From an uncultured Bdellovibrio sp. (GTDB taxonomy: Bacteria > Bdellovibrionota > Bdellovibrionia > Bdellovibrionales > Bdellovibrionaceae), in the NCBI GenBank assembly GCA_963932905.1, contig CAWVRN010000012.1, positions 1-64,000 on the forward strand: a stretch of DNA of 64,000 bases, read 5' to 3'. This document shows, one piece after another, positions 10,028 to 20,555 of the stretch. A program made the translations under genes and the position numbers. Position 1 is the first letter of the stretch, and the number at the start of each line of letters is the position of its first letter. The notes under the pieces were generated by a model, which made no database searches, was not told where the DNA came from, and worked only from the letters and a program-made list of their open reading frames with translations.

Positions 10028-10360
10028 ATGGAAGAAGAAGGACTTATCACCACGCGAGTGCCACGGGCACTCGAAATCAAAAGTAAACTCTTTGGGTACG
10101 AACTTTCAGATCTGCTTCTAATATTTTTCAATCTTGCGATCACTAACCTTATGTTTGGTGGAACTTCATTCCGCTATCCACTTGTTTGGGGAACAACGCT
10201 TTTTTTAGTGTTGTTCCTCTATTTCGCAAAAAAGGGTCGACCCGACAATTACATTCAACACTTAGGTGAGTTTCTAGTGCGTCCTGCTTATTATGCGGCC
10301 GGCGGAGTAGATCACTTTTATCGAAAATTTAAAGGAAAAGTAAAATATGTTTCAAAATAA
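10028..10360 (+). CDS. virB3: VirB3/TraL-like inner-membrane protein
   Basis: Two TM segments, KKGRPDNY motif, sits between pilin and VirB4. Confidence 0.7.
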   Translation: MEEEGLITTRVPRALEIKSKLFGYELSDLLLIFFNLAITNLMFGGTSFRYPLVWGTTLFLVLFLYFAKKGRPDNYIQHLGEFLVRPAYYAAGGVDHFYRKFKGKVKYVSK

Positions 10361-12866
10361 AAAGTCAGAAGCTTCTCTTTGCGAGGAGATTCCATACTGG
10401 GAATTTCAGGACGGAAAACTTCCGCATTTGGTTTTAACCGACGGATCGCTAGTCGCCGGGTTAAAACTATCACTCATCGACATTGAATGTTTTGATGACC
10501 AACAAATCAATCAACTGGCAATTAGGCTGCGTGGCATTTTAAATTCAATTTCAGAAAATACCACTGTTCAATTTTGCCTATCGGTCGGTTCTGATTACTC
10601 CGAAATTTTACAAAAGCATTCTAAAAGTAAAATCGAATCGATTCATCCCCTCGTGGCAAGTATAGCTGAGTATCGCGAAAATAATTTGAAAACCTCTATT
10701 GATTCATCGGAGCTCTATAGACCAGAACTTTCTATTTATCTTAGAACGCAAATGGTTGTCGGTAAAAAGCTGAATTTTTTAAAAAAAGATGAAGAATTCT
10801 CTAACAATGCAGCCAAAAATTATGATGAAACGCTAGAGACACTTTTTCAGAATATAGAAACACTTGCCTCCTCGTTTTCGTCTATCAATCTTCAATCCAG
10901 GGTTTTGGAAGTAAATGAGGTGCAGACTCAAATTTACAGATCGCTCAATCCCAAACGCTCTAAAACTGAACCGGCACCGGCTGTCAATTCGCCACAAAAC
11001 GACAACCTTGAGCATCGGGTTCTAATGGACATGGATTGGCTTGCAGAGCAATCACCTCGTGAACAAATGGTTTTTGGAGATTTAATTTTAGGATTTGAGC
11101 AATTTACGCTTGATTCAACTCATCACAGAATAGTCACCCTTAAAACGCTACCAGAAGTCACGTTTGCGGGACAGCTTTCAACTTTTTTACGGATGCCGTT
11201 TCACTATGATTTAATGCTTTCGTTTGAAATTCCAAATCAAGCCGATGAAATGTCTAAACTTAAACAAACACGAAATAGGGCGCATTCTTTAGCGGCAACA
11301 ACTGGAAACAAGGCAAGCGATCTAGAAAGCGAATCAAAACTTGGCGCCACTGAAGAGCTGATCAGAGAGCTATTAAATACTGGGCAAAGGGTGTATGCGG
11401 CTCAGTTGAGTGTCATTCTTCGCGCGCCTGCGACTCAAGAAGGAAACAAAAGACTCAATCGCGAGGTCCGCGAAGTGCTTTCTCGCATTCGCTCCCTACA
11501 GGGAGCAGAAGGCCTTGAAGAAACGGTCGGTTCCTGGAAAATTTTTAAAGGGAATCTTCCAGCAGCCCCAGTAAAACTTGAAAGAGCTAAAAAGTTTAAA
11601 ACGAACAACTTGGTCGATTTTATACCCATCTATGGCCCACGCGAAGGTGACGACGATCCCGCTGTGATATTTAGGAACAGACTAAATGGACTTGTTAGTT
11701 TCAATCCTTTTGATTCTAAACTCACAAATTACAATGCCTTGGTGACTGGATCATCAGGAGCGGGAAAGAGTTTTTTGAACAATTGCATTCTTGCACAGGA
11801 ACTTGCTCGCGGACTTCGAGTTTTTATTATTGATATCGGTGGATCATATAAAAAACTAACCGAAGCACTTGGTGGACAGTACCTAGAAATGGATTTATCC
11901 GATAGGTACAGAATAAATCCGTTTGATATTCCCGACTACGCGCAGGAGCCAAGCAGTCAAAAAATTAAGTCACTTCTTGCCGTGATTGAATGCATGGTCG
12001 CCGAGGACGAGAAAAGTAAGCTTTCTAAGTTAGACCGCGTGCTCTTGGAAAAAGCCGTTATTGAACTCTATGAAGAAAAGAAAAAGCAAAAAACTATTCC
12101 TATTCTATCCGAGCTTGCCGATAAACTGGCAAAAAGCAAAGAATCATCAATGGTTGCAATTTCTAAACTCCTTTTCATGTGGACTGGAAACAGACCCTAC
12201 GGAAAGCTTCTTGATGGAATGGGTTCCCTAAGGACAAATGCTCCGATTTGCACCTTCGACCTGAAAGGGCTGTCAAGCTATCCCGATCTTCAAAGCGTGA
12301 TGATCTTGATCCTAACAGATTTCATTTTAAGTCAGGTGGAACAAGATAAGGTGAACAAAAAACGTATCATCTTGGACGAAGCTTGGCAGCTTTTGAAATC
12401 AAGTGCCGCAGCTGATTTTATGGAGTACTGCGCTCGAACCCTTCGAAAAACAGGATCAGGAATTACATTCATTACCCAAGGCATTGAAGAAATCGTCCAA
12501 AGTCCAATTGGCTCTGCAATTATGAATAATACTGCGACAAAGTTTATTCTTCTACAGCGTGGCGATGCCGAAGTTTTAAGAAATGCACTTAAGCTCAATA
12601 AACAAGAATTGAATCTAATTTCATCGCTTGAACAGCGCAAAGGTGAATTCTCTGAAGCCTTTTTAATTGAGGGCGATCATCGGCAGGTCATCCGAGTTTA
12701 TCCAAGTCCGTTCGAATATTGGCTATCAACGTCCGATGCTTCAGATAACCGGCATATTCAATCTTTACAGGAACAAGGAATGTCACTCGTAGCAGCCATT
12801 GAGAAAGCCGCTCGAACTTACCGCAATGGGATTGCTCAAGGAAAGACGGATTCGGAGACTACATGA
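10347..12866 (+). CDS. virB4: VirB4/TraC-family T4SS ATPase
   Basis: Walker A GSSGAGKS; IIDIGGSY; INPFD; Walker B ILDEAW; RTLRK.G...FITQ. Confidence 0.95.
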   Translation: MFQNKKSEASLCEEIPYWEFQDGKLPHLVLTDGSLVAGLKLSLIDIECFDDQQINQLAIRLRGILNSISENTTVQFCLSVGSDYSEILQKHSKSKIESIHPLVASIAEYRENNLKTSIDSSELYRPELSIYLRTQMVVGKKLNFLKKDEEFSNNAAKNYDETLETLFQNIETLASSFSSINLQSRVLEVNEVQTQIYRSLNPKRSKTEPAPAVNSPQNDNLEHRVLMDMDWLAEQSPREQMVFGDLILGFEQFTLDSTHHRIVTLKTLPEVTFAGQLSTFLRMPFHYDLMLSFEIPNQADEMSKLKQTRNRAHSLAATTGNKASDLESESKLGATEELIRELLNTGQRVYAAQLSVILRAPATQEGNKRLNREVREVLSRIRSLQGAEGLEETVGSWKIFKGNLPAAPVKLERAKKFKTNNLVDFIPIYGPREGDDDPAVIFRNRLNGLVSFNPFDSKLTNYNALVTGSSGAGKSFLNNCILAQELARGLRVFIIDIGGSYKKLTEALGGQYLEMDLSDRYRINPFDIPDYAQEPSSQKIKSLLAVIECMVAEDEKSKLSKLDRVLLEKAVIELYEEKKKQKTIPILSELADKLAKSKESSMVAISKLLFMWTGNRPYGKLLDGMGSLRTNAPICTFDLKGLSSYPDLQSVMILILTDFILSQVEQDKVNKKRIILDEAWQLLKSSAAADFMEYCARTLRKTGSGITFITQGIEEIVQSPIGSAIMNNTATKFILLQRGDAEVLRNALKLNKQELNLISSLEQRKGEFSEAFLIEGDHRQVIRVYPSPFEYWLSTSDASDNRHIQSLQEQGMSLVAAIEKAARTYRNGIAQGKTDSETT

Positions 12867-13573
12867 TTATAAAGAAAAAAATCGTAGCATTTACTTTCTG
12901 CTTACTTTTCCTTTTGCCAAAACCTGCGAAGGCAGATCTTTTCGGCGGTGATGTCACAGTCCTAGTCCAAATTTTAGCTCAATCGATCAAGCAGCTCTAT
13001 GAGCTTCAACGGATTGTTAGCACTGGACAGAATACACTTTCATTGATGCGCGATTTAAATCGTGGGATACGAGATGGACTAACGATAATACGAATTATTA
13101 ATCCGAAGTTCAATCCAGGTCTTTATGGCAGTTTAGAAACCGCAGATCAGGTTCAAAGAGCAATCGAAAACTTATATGGAGCGATTCCTCAAACGAGTGA
13201 ATATCGCCTGCAAGCAGCACAGGACAAATCAGTGGCTGAAAGTATTGCCATGAATGGCACTCTTTTTCAGTACGCAGATAGTGTTGACGCTGAAACGAAA
13301 AGAATAATTGATCATGCTCAAAAGGTAAGTCCACAGGGAGCAGGAAAACTCACAGCCGAGTCTATCGCGGTCTTAATTGGCGTTACCACGCAAGTCCTAC
13401 GGACGAACTCTATGATGCTAAAAATGATGGGTCAAAACATGGCCCTCTCAAACAGAAAAGAAAAACTCCAGGCGACCCAGTTTAAAACTCAATACGAAGG
13501 TATTTCCAATGCACTAGGAGCATTACCGAGGGAAACAACATTAAGCCCGCTTAACTCAGGTTTAGGGAGGTAG
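12863..13573 (+). CDS. VirB5/TrbJ-like secreted helical T4SS protein
   Basis: Signal peptide (AKA-DLFGGD), coiled-coil, position between VirB4 and VirB6. Confidence 0.6.
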   Translation: MIIKKKIVAFTFCLLFLLPKPAKADLFGGDVTVLVQILAQSIKQLYELQRIVSTGQNTLSLMRDLNRGIRDGLTIIRIINPKFNPGLYGSLETADQVQRAIENLYGAIPQTSEYRLQAAQDKSVAESIAMNGTLFQYADSVDAETKRIIDHAQKVSPQGAGKLTAESIAVLIGVTTQVLRTNSMMLKMMGQNMALSNRKEKLQATQFKTQYEGISNALGALPRETTLSPLNSGLGR

Positions 13574-13574
13574 T

Positions 13575-14465
13575 TTGCCACAATTTGAACTTCTAGGATC
13601 ACTTGCTCGTGACCTTCATCAAGAGTTTGTGAATATGTACTATCTATTTTTTCCTGTGTTCTTTGCACTTGCAGTTGTCGTGGCCTGGTTTCGTTCGCCT
13701 TCGGGAAGTCCAGAATTTATAGATATTGTGAAACGAGCAGTTATTGCAACCGTATTACTTGCTGCATTTCCTGATATTGCCAATGCGATTTTATTCGTTA
13801 CTGAAGGAGTGGTAGAGAAAATTGATAAACTAAATAGCCTCGACACACTGATAAGGATGGCTCAGGAAAAGTCTGAAGGCTATTCGGCATCTGCAACTAG
13901 CGTGATCTTGCAGTTTAATGACCTGATCGTTTCTACATTGTCATTTCTAAGTTACTTGATCCTGTATGTTGCCCGCTATTTGACGATAGCCATGTACCAC
14001 TTTTTTTGGGTGTTCTATTTGATTTCGGCTCCCCTACTCTTGTTGTTCAATCTTTTCGAGGGGACTCAGCAGATCACAGTTAATCTATTTAAAGGAATGA
14101 TTGAGGTCGCTTGCTGGAAAATTGTGTGGGCCATTCTAGGCGCTATGCTAGCAGCTCTTTCATTCGGGGATGCCTATCGAACTGAAGGAAGCTATCTCGT
14201 TTTAATTGTGATGAATCTTGTGATCGCTATTGCCATGCTGATGACTCCATCCATTGTGAAATCACTCGTCGGAAGCGGAATCCAGTCCATGTCCACAGCC
14301 ATTGGTGCTGCTAGTGTGGCTGCGATGGCAGCGGCGCCTGCAAGGGCCGCGACCGCGGCTTCGACATCAAGAAATGCGGTTAGCACCGCCGGAAATTTTG
14401 TTCAATCGCGAGTAAGGTCTTATCGAGAAAAACAAGAGCAAAAACGAAAAATGTACAATTACTAA
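13575..14465 (+). CDS. virB6: VirB6/TrbL-like polytopic membrane protein
   Basis: About 6 TM helices and an Ala-rich C-terminal tail; operon position. Confidence 0.7.
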   Translation: MPQFELLGSLARDLHQEFVNMYYLFFPVFFALAVVVAWFRSPSGSPEFIDIVKRAVIATVLLAAFPDIANAILFVTEGVVEKIDKLNSLDTLIRMAQEKSEGYSASATSVILQFNDLIVSTLSFLSYLILYVARYLTIAMYHFFWVFYLISAPLLLLFNLFEGTQQITVNLFKGMIEVACWKIVWAILGAMLAALSFGDAYRTEGSYLVLIVMNLVIAIAMLMTPSIVKSLVGSGIQSMSTAIGAASVAAMAAAPARAATAASTSRNAVSTAGNFVQSRVRSYREKQEQKRKMYNY

Positions 14466-14476
14466 ATAGGAAAAAT

Positions 14477-15067
14477 ATGGAAACTACGAAAATTACTAAG
14501 CTAACCACCTCTCCCATGCCAAAATTGTTTGGATACCTGATTCATTCAAACCAACTACTGAAAGTATTCTCACTTGTATTGCTTGGAGCCACCCAACTAA
14601 TGCTTGTCGCCGTGATTGTGATGGCCACAAGAGAACCAACAGTAGTCACCCTAAATGCCGAAGGAAAAGACTTCGAAAGAACCGCTCTGCCCAAAGCCGA
14701 AGATCAAATTCGAGAAGGTATAAGACGCTATCTCGAAAAACGTTACCAATGGCAGCCCGAAAATGTGACTAAAAAATTTAAAGAATCCGAGGAATTTATT
14801 TCTCCAAAATCTTTAAAGGCATTTCAGGGAGCCGTCGCAAATGTTGCGAAATTTTCTGTAGACAAAATAGTTTCTCAAAGAGTTTATCCCGAGAAAATTG
14901 AAATTGATTTAAAAAAACAAATAGCCACTATCACCGGAGACCGACTAACGACGATCCAAGGTTTGAAGGCGGCTGGAAATCTTAAAATCGAGCTGACTTT
15001 TGAATACGGCCCAAGAACATCAGCAAATCCTTGGGGACTATATATCTCAAAAGAACGCGAAGAATAG
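14477..15067 (+). CDS. VirB8/TraE-like bitopic protein
   Basis: One N-terminal TM; C-terminal RTSANPWGLYI resembles the VirB8 NP.GL motif. Confidence 0.7.
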   Translation: METTKITKLTTSPMPKLFGYLIHSNQLLKVFSLVLLGATQLMLVAVIVMATREPTVVTLNAEGKDFERTALPKAEDQIREGIRRYLEKRYQWQPENVTKKFKESEEFISPKSLKAFQGAVANVAKFSVDKIVSQRVYPEKIEIDLKKQIATITGDRLTTIQGLKAAGNLKIELTFEYGPRTSANPWGLYISKEREE

Positions 15068-15080
15068 GACAAAGGCAATT

Positions 15081-15818
15081 ATGAAGACCCTATTATTATC
15101 AATTTTAGCAATCTGTTTTGTAGCGATAGAACTTAAGGCGGCCCAGAGAGTCCGCCGAGTCCCTATTCAAACAGATCAAATTGCAACTGTAAGAACTAGT
15201 CTTGGTATTGCAACGATTATTCAAGTTCCAGATCGCCCCACCAGCGTGGTCGTTGGCGATCAGAATTCTTTTAAAGTTGAATACCTAGATCAAGCAATCA
15301 CAATAAAACCAACTGTAGGAGGAGCTAAAAGTAATCTCTACATTTATACCGATTGGAAACGATTTAACGTGGAACTTATTTCCGGACCGGAATCGGTTGC
15401 AGACTATGTAGTTTATCTCGACATCCCGAAGGACAAACCGCAGAAGACACGATCAAGCAAAGATGCGGACGTAAAATGGACCGAATTTAAAAATCAGGTT
15501 CGGAATGAAAACCTGACTTTCACCGTTACCCGTCTTGGACGAACAAGTGACAGAATTTTACTGATTGATTTTATGATCTCATCCACAAAAAAAGAAATAT
15601 TTAGGCCGGAAAGTATATGGTTAACTCAAAGTGGAAAAACGCGTCCGATTCACAACTTATTTCTATCTTCTGTCGAAGTGAGTCCTAGAAAACCGATTCC
15701 AGGTGTCCTGCAAATCAAGGAAGTCGACATTAAAACGAATGAGTCTTTTAAACTTGAAATAAGAAGAGCAAAAAAATCCTATCTTACCATTCACAAAGTA
15801 GCGGATTGGAAACTGTAA
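15081..15818 (+). CDS. virB9: VirB9/TrbG/TraK-like outer-membrane core protein
   Basis: Signal peptide from ATG 15081; TIIQVPDRPTSVVVGD...ITIKP...SNLYIYT. Confidence 0.75.
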   Translation: MKTLLLSILAICFVAIELKAAQRVRRVPIQTDQIATVRTSLGIATIIQVPDRPTSVVVGDQNSFKVEYLDQAITIKPTVGGAKSNLYIYTDWKRFNVELISGPESVADYVVYLDIPKDKPQKTRSSKDADVKWTEFKNQVRNENLTFTVTRLGRTSDRILLIDFMISSTKKEIFRPESIWLTQSGKTRPIHNLFLSSVEVSPRKPIPGVLQIKEVDIKTNESFKLEIRRAKKSYLTIHKVADWKL

Positions 15819-15835
15819 TAAAACGGGGAGTAAAT

Positions 15836-16792
15836 TTGGATATAAAAAACTATTTTCTTACTGAAGCTAAACCATTCACAACAAAACGTGAAGTTCATTG
15901 GAACAGAATTCAAACCTGGGCGATTATTTTTATTGCCCTCTCGGTTTTAGGCCTCCTTCTGATCCCGAGTTCAGATCCAGATCAAGAACGTTTTCATGAA
16001 AAAGCAGAGCGAGGAAGTTTGAATCAAATGAAACAAATCGAAAATGATCCTACTCAAGAGACAATTAGACAGCTTCAAGAATCACAAGTAAGCCTAAAGC
16101 AAGTTCACGAATCGATTGATTATCTTTATCGGCCAGATGCCTTTGATGGCGGTAACCCTGGAAAAAGTGGTCAGGATCGAAGCTCTTCAATGATTCTAAA
16201 TCGTGAAGGACCAGATGAACGCACTCAGCTTTTGGCTGGAACCAGAATATCGATTCGACTATCCGACAAAGTAACAATAGCAAATCACGGGATGCCGGTT
16301 ATTGGGATTATTTCTCAAAATGTTAATAATGATAATGAGATAGCTATTCCTATTGGATCTAAGGTTCTTGGAGATGCTTCATTTGATCCTGATTCTGAAA
16401 GAGCTACAATTATTTGGCGATCCATTGTTTTTCCTAACGGAAGGCAAAGACCATTTTCTGCCATCGGTGTTGGTCGAGACGGACAAGTTGGAGTGATTGG
16501 CCGGGTTCACTCCGACGGCGCAAAAAATATGGTTGGCCAAACCCTCACGCGATTTGTTGGCGCCTATGCAGCCGGTTCAATGACCACAGGTGCCTTAGGA
16601 GCAAATGAAGGCGGGAATGATAACGGTCTTCGTAATGCCGTCGCACAAACAGCTACTGATCGAGCCAATGCTATGGGCGAAGAACTCCAGAAGGAACGAA
16701 AGTGGATTGAACTAGAAAATGGAACCGAAACATACGCTGTCCTAAATCTACCATTTACTTTTAGAGATGCCGGAGTGACTAGTGGACAATGA
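15836..16792 (+). CDS. virB10: VirB10/TrbI-like core protein
   Basis: TTG with SD ggggag; TM; LLAGTRI...IPIGSKVLG...DGQVGVIG. Confidence 0.8.
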   Translation: MDIKNYFLTEAKPFTTKREVHWNRIQTWAIIFIALSVLGLLLIPSSDPDQERFHEKAERGSLNQMKQIENDPTQETIRQLQESQVSLKQVHESIDYLYRPDAFDGGNPGKSGQDRSSSMILNREGPDERTQLLAGTRISIRLSDKVTIANHGMPVIGIISQNVNNDNEIAIPIGSKVLGDASFDPDSERATIIWRSIVFPNGRQRPFSAIGVGRDGQVGVIGRVHSDGAKNMVGQTLTRFVGAYAAGSMTTGALGANEGGNDNGLRNAVAQTATDRANAMGEELQKERKWIELENGTETYAVLNLPFTFRDAGVTSGQ

Positions 16793-18398
16793 GAACAACC
16801 ATTCAGACCATGCCGACAAAATCATTTTCATCACAGCAGCGCTGTTGTTACTTGGAAAGTGGCTTGAGTTTTCTTGGTCATGGGTGATCAAGTCACCAAT
16901 TCATATGGCCATGGTTGCAGGTCCTTTGATTCTACTGACATTTTTTTCAGTTAAAATTGCTTGGAGCAAAATCAGAAAAAACATGGATAACCGCAAGTTC
17001 GAAAAAACGATCACATCAATAGACGCTGACTCAGCATTTTGTGGGACGACTGACAAAAATGAAGATATTTGGATTAAGCCGCGCCAACGGGCAATGCACA
17101 CTCAGGTTATCGGTACCACTAACGCCGGTAAAACTGAAAGTGTGATATTACCTTGGGCGATTCAGGATATACATTCCGGAAAAGGACTTCTCCTCATTGA
17201 TGGAAAAGCCGACAACTCATTAATTGACAAATTATGGGCCTATACCAAATTGGCCGGACGCGAAAAAGATTTCAAACTTTTTAGTTTGAGTCGTAGAGAA
17301 CAGTCGTTTCAGTTTAATCCCTTACTTGGTGGAACCGCCGAAGAAATCACAGAGAGAGTCTTCAACGCATTTGAATTTGAAAATCCATACTATCGAAGCC
17401 TGCAATATGAAGTGATGAACCAAGTTATGCGTATTTTCGAATCCGCAAATTGTGTTCCCACTTTTCAAAGACTCCACCAAGCAATTTCCCGTCCCAGAAT
17501 CATGGAGGAAATGGTTAAGTCATTCCAAGATCAAGAGGTGCGCCGCTGGTATCTATCATTTAGTGAGATGACACAAAAAGATCGAGAAGAACGCACAAGT
17601 GGTCTTTTGTCGGCTATCGGTCAATTTGCTTTCGGTGAAAATGCAAAACTTTTTAATCCCGAGACGGACGCAATTACAATTGATGAAGCGCTAGGTGCAA
17701 ACCAGATTGTTTACTTTCAGCTCCCTGTTTTGCTATCACCTTTCTTAGGCAAAGCAACAGGGAAACTAGTTCTTCAGTCACTACAGGCGGCCGTAGCCAA
17801 TAGACATAGATTGGCCCAAGGAAAAGAGAAGAAATTTTTTAGTGTTTTCTTAGATGATTTTTCTGAGTACCTCTATGAAGGATTTGTCTCGATTCTGAAC
17901 AAATCACGATCGGCCAATGTAGGAATTGTGTTCGCTCATCAAGCTTTAGGAGACATTACCGTTCTTGGAGATTCAGTCGCAAACTCGATTCTAACAAATG
18001 CTAACATCAAAGTATTAATGCGAGGTAATGATCCCGATTCGGCAGAATACTTTTCAAAAGTCATTGGGACATTGACTGCCACTAAGACTACCGAACGTCA
18101 GACCAAAAGCCTATTTGGAACTAGAAAAAGCGGTGAAATGTCAGCGAGAGAGGCTGAGGAGTTCGCCATTCACCCCAATGTCTTCAAAAAAGATTTGGGT
18201 GTTGGCGAAGCTATAATGATTGTGCCCCATGAAAGGGGATCAAAAACTGTGCGAATCAAATTTAGTAAAACTGATGATCTAGACGTACAAACTCTACCCA
18301 TAATCAGGAAAACATTGATGCCATTGCTTGATGAAAAAGACGATCTACAAAAACAAACAACCAAAAACAGAAATAGTGACCTCGACAATGCAACTTAA
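16782..18398 (+). CDS. virD4: Type IV coupling protein (TraD/VirD4/TraG family)
   Basis: Two N-terminal TMs; HTQVIGTTNAGKT; IDGKAD; FNPL; FLDDF; KSRSANV. Confidence 0.9.
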   Translation: MDNENNHSDHADKIIFITAALLLLGKWLEFSWSWVIKSPIHMAMVAGPLILLTFFSVKIAWSKIRKNMDNRKFEKTITSIDADSAFCGTTDKNEDIWIKPRQRAMHTQVIGTTNAGKTESVILPWAIQDIHSGKGLLLIDGKADNSLIDKLWAYTKLAGREKDFKLFSLSRREQSFQFNPLLGGTAEEITERVFNAFEFENPYYRSLQYEVMNQVMRIFESANCVPTFQRLHQAISRPRIMEEMVKSFQDQEVRRWYLSFSEMTQKDREERTSGLLSAIGQFAFGENAKLFNPETDAITIDEALGANQIVYFQLPVLLSPFLGKATGKLVLQSLQAAVANRHRLAQGKEKKFFSVFLDDFSEYLYEGFVSILNKSRSANVGIVFAHQALGDITVLGDSVANSILTNANIKVLMRGNDPDSAEYFSKVIGTLTATKTTERQTKSLFGTRKSGEMSAREAEEFAIHPNVFKKDLGVGEAIMIVPHERGSKTVRIKFSKTDDLDVQTLPIIRKTLMPLLDEKDDLQKQTTKNRNSDLDNAT

Positions 18399-18414
18399 AC
18401 TTTAAGGAATAAAA

Positions 18415-18867
18415 ATGAACTTTATTAAATTTAGGAAAAACGTTATTTTGATTTTATGGATACTTGCCCCTGCTATTCAAGTCGGCTGCGCATCAAAGAG
18501 TAAATCGGCAGGGCTTGGATCAGCAATTGGCGCCAGTAGTGGAGCCGCACTGGGTGGAATCGTCGACCCGGGAAACAATGGTCAATATCGAACCCGAAAT
18601 GTGATTATCGGTGCAGGCCTCGGCGCGATAGCTGGGGGCCTTACAGGTGCTTCAATCTACGAAAACAATGAGCGAGACAAAGAGCTTTCATACCTAAAAG
18701 GAAAAGAAGCTGGAAGAAAGTCTTCACAGTCTAAGGCTACTCCTTTATTGCAAGAACCAAAAATTGAAGCCATTTGGGTGGAAAGTAAAGTTTTAGGTAA
18801 CCGATATATCGAAGGGCACTTTGAATATATAATTTCTGAACCTACCCGTTGGGAAGCGCCTCAATGA
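18415..18867 (+). CDS. Glycine-zipper lipoprotein with TraV-like C-terminus (VirB7 equivalent)
   Basis: Lipobox QVGC; two GxxxG zipper segments; PKIEAIWV...GHFEYII.EP.RW. Confidence 0.6.
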   Translation: MNFIKFRKNVILILWILAPAIQVGCASKSKSAGLGSAIGASSGAALGGIVDPGNNGQYRTRNVIIGAGLGAIAGGLTGASIYENNERDKELSYLKGKEAGRKSSQSKATPLLQEPKIEAIWVESKVLGNRYIEGHFEYIISEPTRWEAPQ

Positions 18868-19613
18868 AGTATCCACACGGCCGCAAATTATCTAAAAATG
18901 CAGCTGAGGCTGTAAGATTTGTCGCAAAGGTCGGATCACTGGAACGAGAAATATGGTACAAACTTTTTGGCCAAGGAACACTCAGGTGGAAACAAATGCA
19001 ACTTCAGCATTTAATAAATCGAAAGATTTTTAAATACAATACAAGCAAGCATGGTCATGACGCCGTTGTAATTGATCGTTTTGGCGTTGAGTTAATTAAA
19101 AGCATGGGATGGCAGCACGTTAATACTATTTATCCGCACGAAATTGAACATGACGTAACAATCGGCGCTGGCGCCTGGGAAATTGAAAAAGCGGGGTTCT
19201 GCCAAAAATGGATGACAGAACGAGAGTTAAAATCTCAAAAACTGGACAACTTCAAATTGGATCTAAAAAATGATGGCATCAAATATCCAGATATCGTTTG
19301 TCGAATTCACGGAAAAACAACATCGCCGATAGTAGCCTTTGAATATGAAAAAACATCCAAAACAAATTGGAGATATAACAAAACCATAAAAGCCTATAGT
19401 GAAGGATTCAACTTTTCGTACATATTTTTTGTTGTCGCCAATGCAAGCATTGAACAGACAATAAAAAAAGCTATGCAATACATTCAGGATGGACAACTGA
19501 ATTCAAAGATAGGCTTTATTTCCGTAGAAGATTGGAAAAGAAACCCACTAAATGCGAAAATTAGAGGCTTGAAGATTGCGGAAAATCTAACTGAACTCGC
19601 GTCTAAAATTTAA
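18864..19613 (+). CDS. MOB_C / replication-relaxation family relaxase (PD-(D/E)xK fold)
   Basis: HEIEHD; YPD-x14-FEYEKTSKTNWRY fits the MOB_C motif D..ExE..K...RY; ATGA overlap with the previous gene; near the coupling protein. Confidence 0.7.
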   Translation: MKYPHGRKLSKNAAEAVRFVAKVGSLEREIWYKLFGQGTLRWKQMQLQHLINRKIFKYNTSKHGHDAVVIDRFGVELIKSMGWQHVNTIYPHEIEHDVTIGAGAWEIEKAGFCQKWMTERELKSQKLDNFKLDLKNDGIKYPDIVCRIHGKTTSPIVAFEYEKTSKTNWRYNKTIKAYSEGFNFSYIFFVVANASIEQTIKKAMQYIQDGQLNSKIGFISVEDWKRNPLNAKIRGLKIAENLTELASKI

Positions 19614-19712
19614 TTTTAGAAGTCTTCGTCGAATACTTCGTGTAGCGAAGCATCTGACTAACTGAAAACAAAATTAAAACTATGTCTAACTATTTAAAAC
19701 AACAGAGATCTG

Positions 19713-19821
19713 CCGCCGCCGCCTCGTTCTTAACGTCCCTTTCTTCGCTACTGACCCCTCCCACCCAACGATGTTGATTGGAAGGGGTCAGTAGCAAGGG
19801 ACTAAACATCGGTGGCGGCGG
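19713..19821. other. Long GC-rich rod-shaped inverted repeat (oriT / single-strand origin / structured RNA candidate)
   Basis: ccgccgccgcc/ggtggcggcgg, gtccctt/aagggac, gctactgacccct/aggggtcagtagc (13 bp perfect) and caac/gttg nested around a 3-nt loop. Confidence 0.65.
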
Positions 19822-19842
19822 GGTAATGGGAGATGAAAAATA

Positions 19843-20235
19843 ATGAATAGTGAAAATAAAATAGAGAAAGAAGAAGATAAGATAGAGGGAACAAAGGCAG
19901 GCGGAGGCAAAGATCTGCAAAGAATTACCGTATCGAAAGACGCACAAAGTGCCTTAGAAATTATTAAAGATCGCGTCAATGATGGATTCAATGGCGGTCG
20001 CGTCAATCTAACTCAAATGGCAAACTGGATTCTACTTCGTTTCCAAAATGAACTTGATGAATCTTATATCAAAGAAATAAGAGCCGACCATTTTGACGAA
20101 CTAGCTATGCTTGAAAGCGTTTTAAAACAAGCTAAGGAGTCTGGAAAAGTACCAACGGAATTCAAGTACTTGCTTCAAAAGCAACTTGGGATAGACGAAC
20201 CAACAAAACGTAAATCTAAGGTCACATTGACATAG
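19843..20235 (+). CDS. Hypothetical protein (possible ribbon-helix-helix-like accessory protein)
   Basis: SD gggag; RITVSKDA strand followed by helices; next to the hairpin. Confidence 0.65.
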   Translation: MNSENKIEKEEDKIEGTKAGGGKDLQRITVSKDAQSALEIIKDRVNDGFNGGRVNLTQMANWILLRFQNELDESYIKEIRADHFDELAMLESVLKQAKESGKVPTEFKYLLQKQLGIDEPTKRKSKVTLT

Positions 20236-20263
20236 AATAATCTCTATGTCATCATTGATGACA
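20227..20263 (+). promoter_or_regulatory. Overlapping palindromic operators on a TTGACA -35 box
   Basis: tgacataga-N6-tctatgtca (20228-20251) and tgtcatca-t-tgatgaca (20247-20263); TTGACA at 20227-20232. Confidence 0.5.
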
Positions 20264-20305
20264 CGACCTAGGAGAAATGAATGACGATAACTGAATGGCA
20301 AAATA

Positions 20306-20530
20306 ATGAAGGGTAACGAAATAAAAGCAATTCGCGAAAAGTTGGGTTTCGACAGACACCAATTTGCCGAGTGTCTTTGCCTTTCTGGATATCGTTCAAT
20401 GATGAACATTGAACACGATTTTCGTAAATCGAGTAAACTGACAATTCGCTTTCTTCGTTACCTTGAAAGCCTTCCAAAGAAGAAGGCATTGCAATTTCTT
20501 GAGGAGTTTTCTACCCATGAATCTACTTAG
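20306..20530 (+). CDS. Small Cro/XRE-like HTH protein
   Basis: EIKAIREKLGFDRHQFAECL.LSGYRSMMNIE. Confidence 0.8.
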   Translation: MKGNEIKAIREKLGFDRHQFAECLCLSGYRSMMNIEHDFRKSSKLTIRFLRYLESLPKKKALQFLEEFSTHEST

Positions 20531-20555
20531 TTTTTTTCTAAATTGGAGCTTTAAA

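Noticed and set aside
19690..20006. Minus-strand ORFs over the hairpin region
   Set aside because: Low-complexity translations antisense to a better ORF and explained by the GC-rich repeat.
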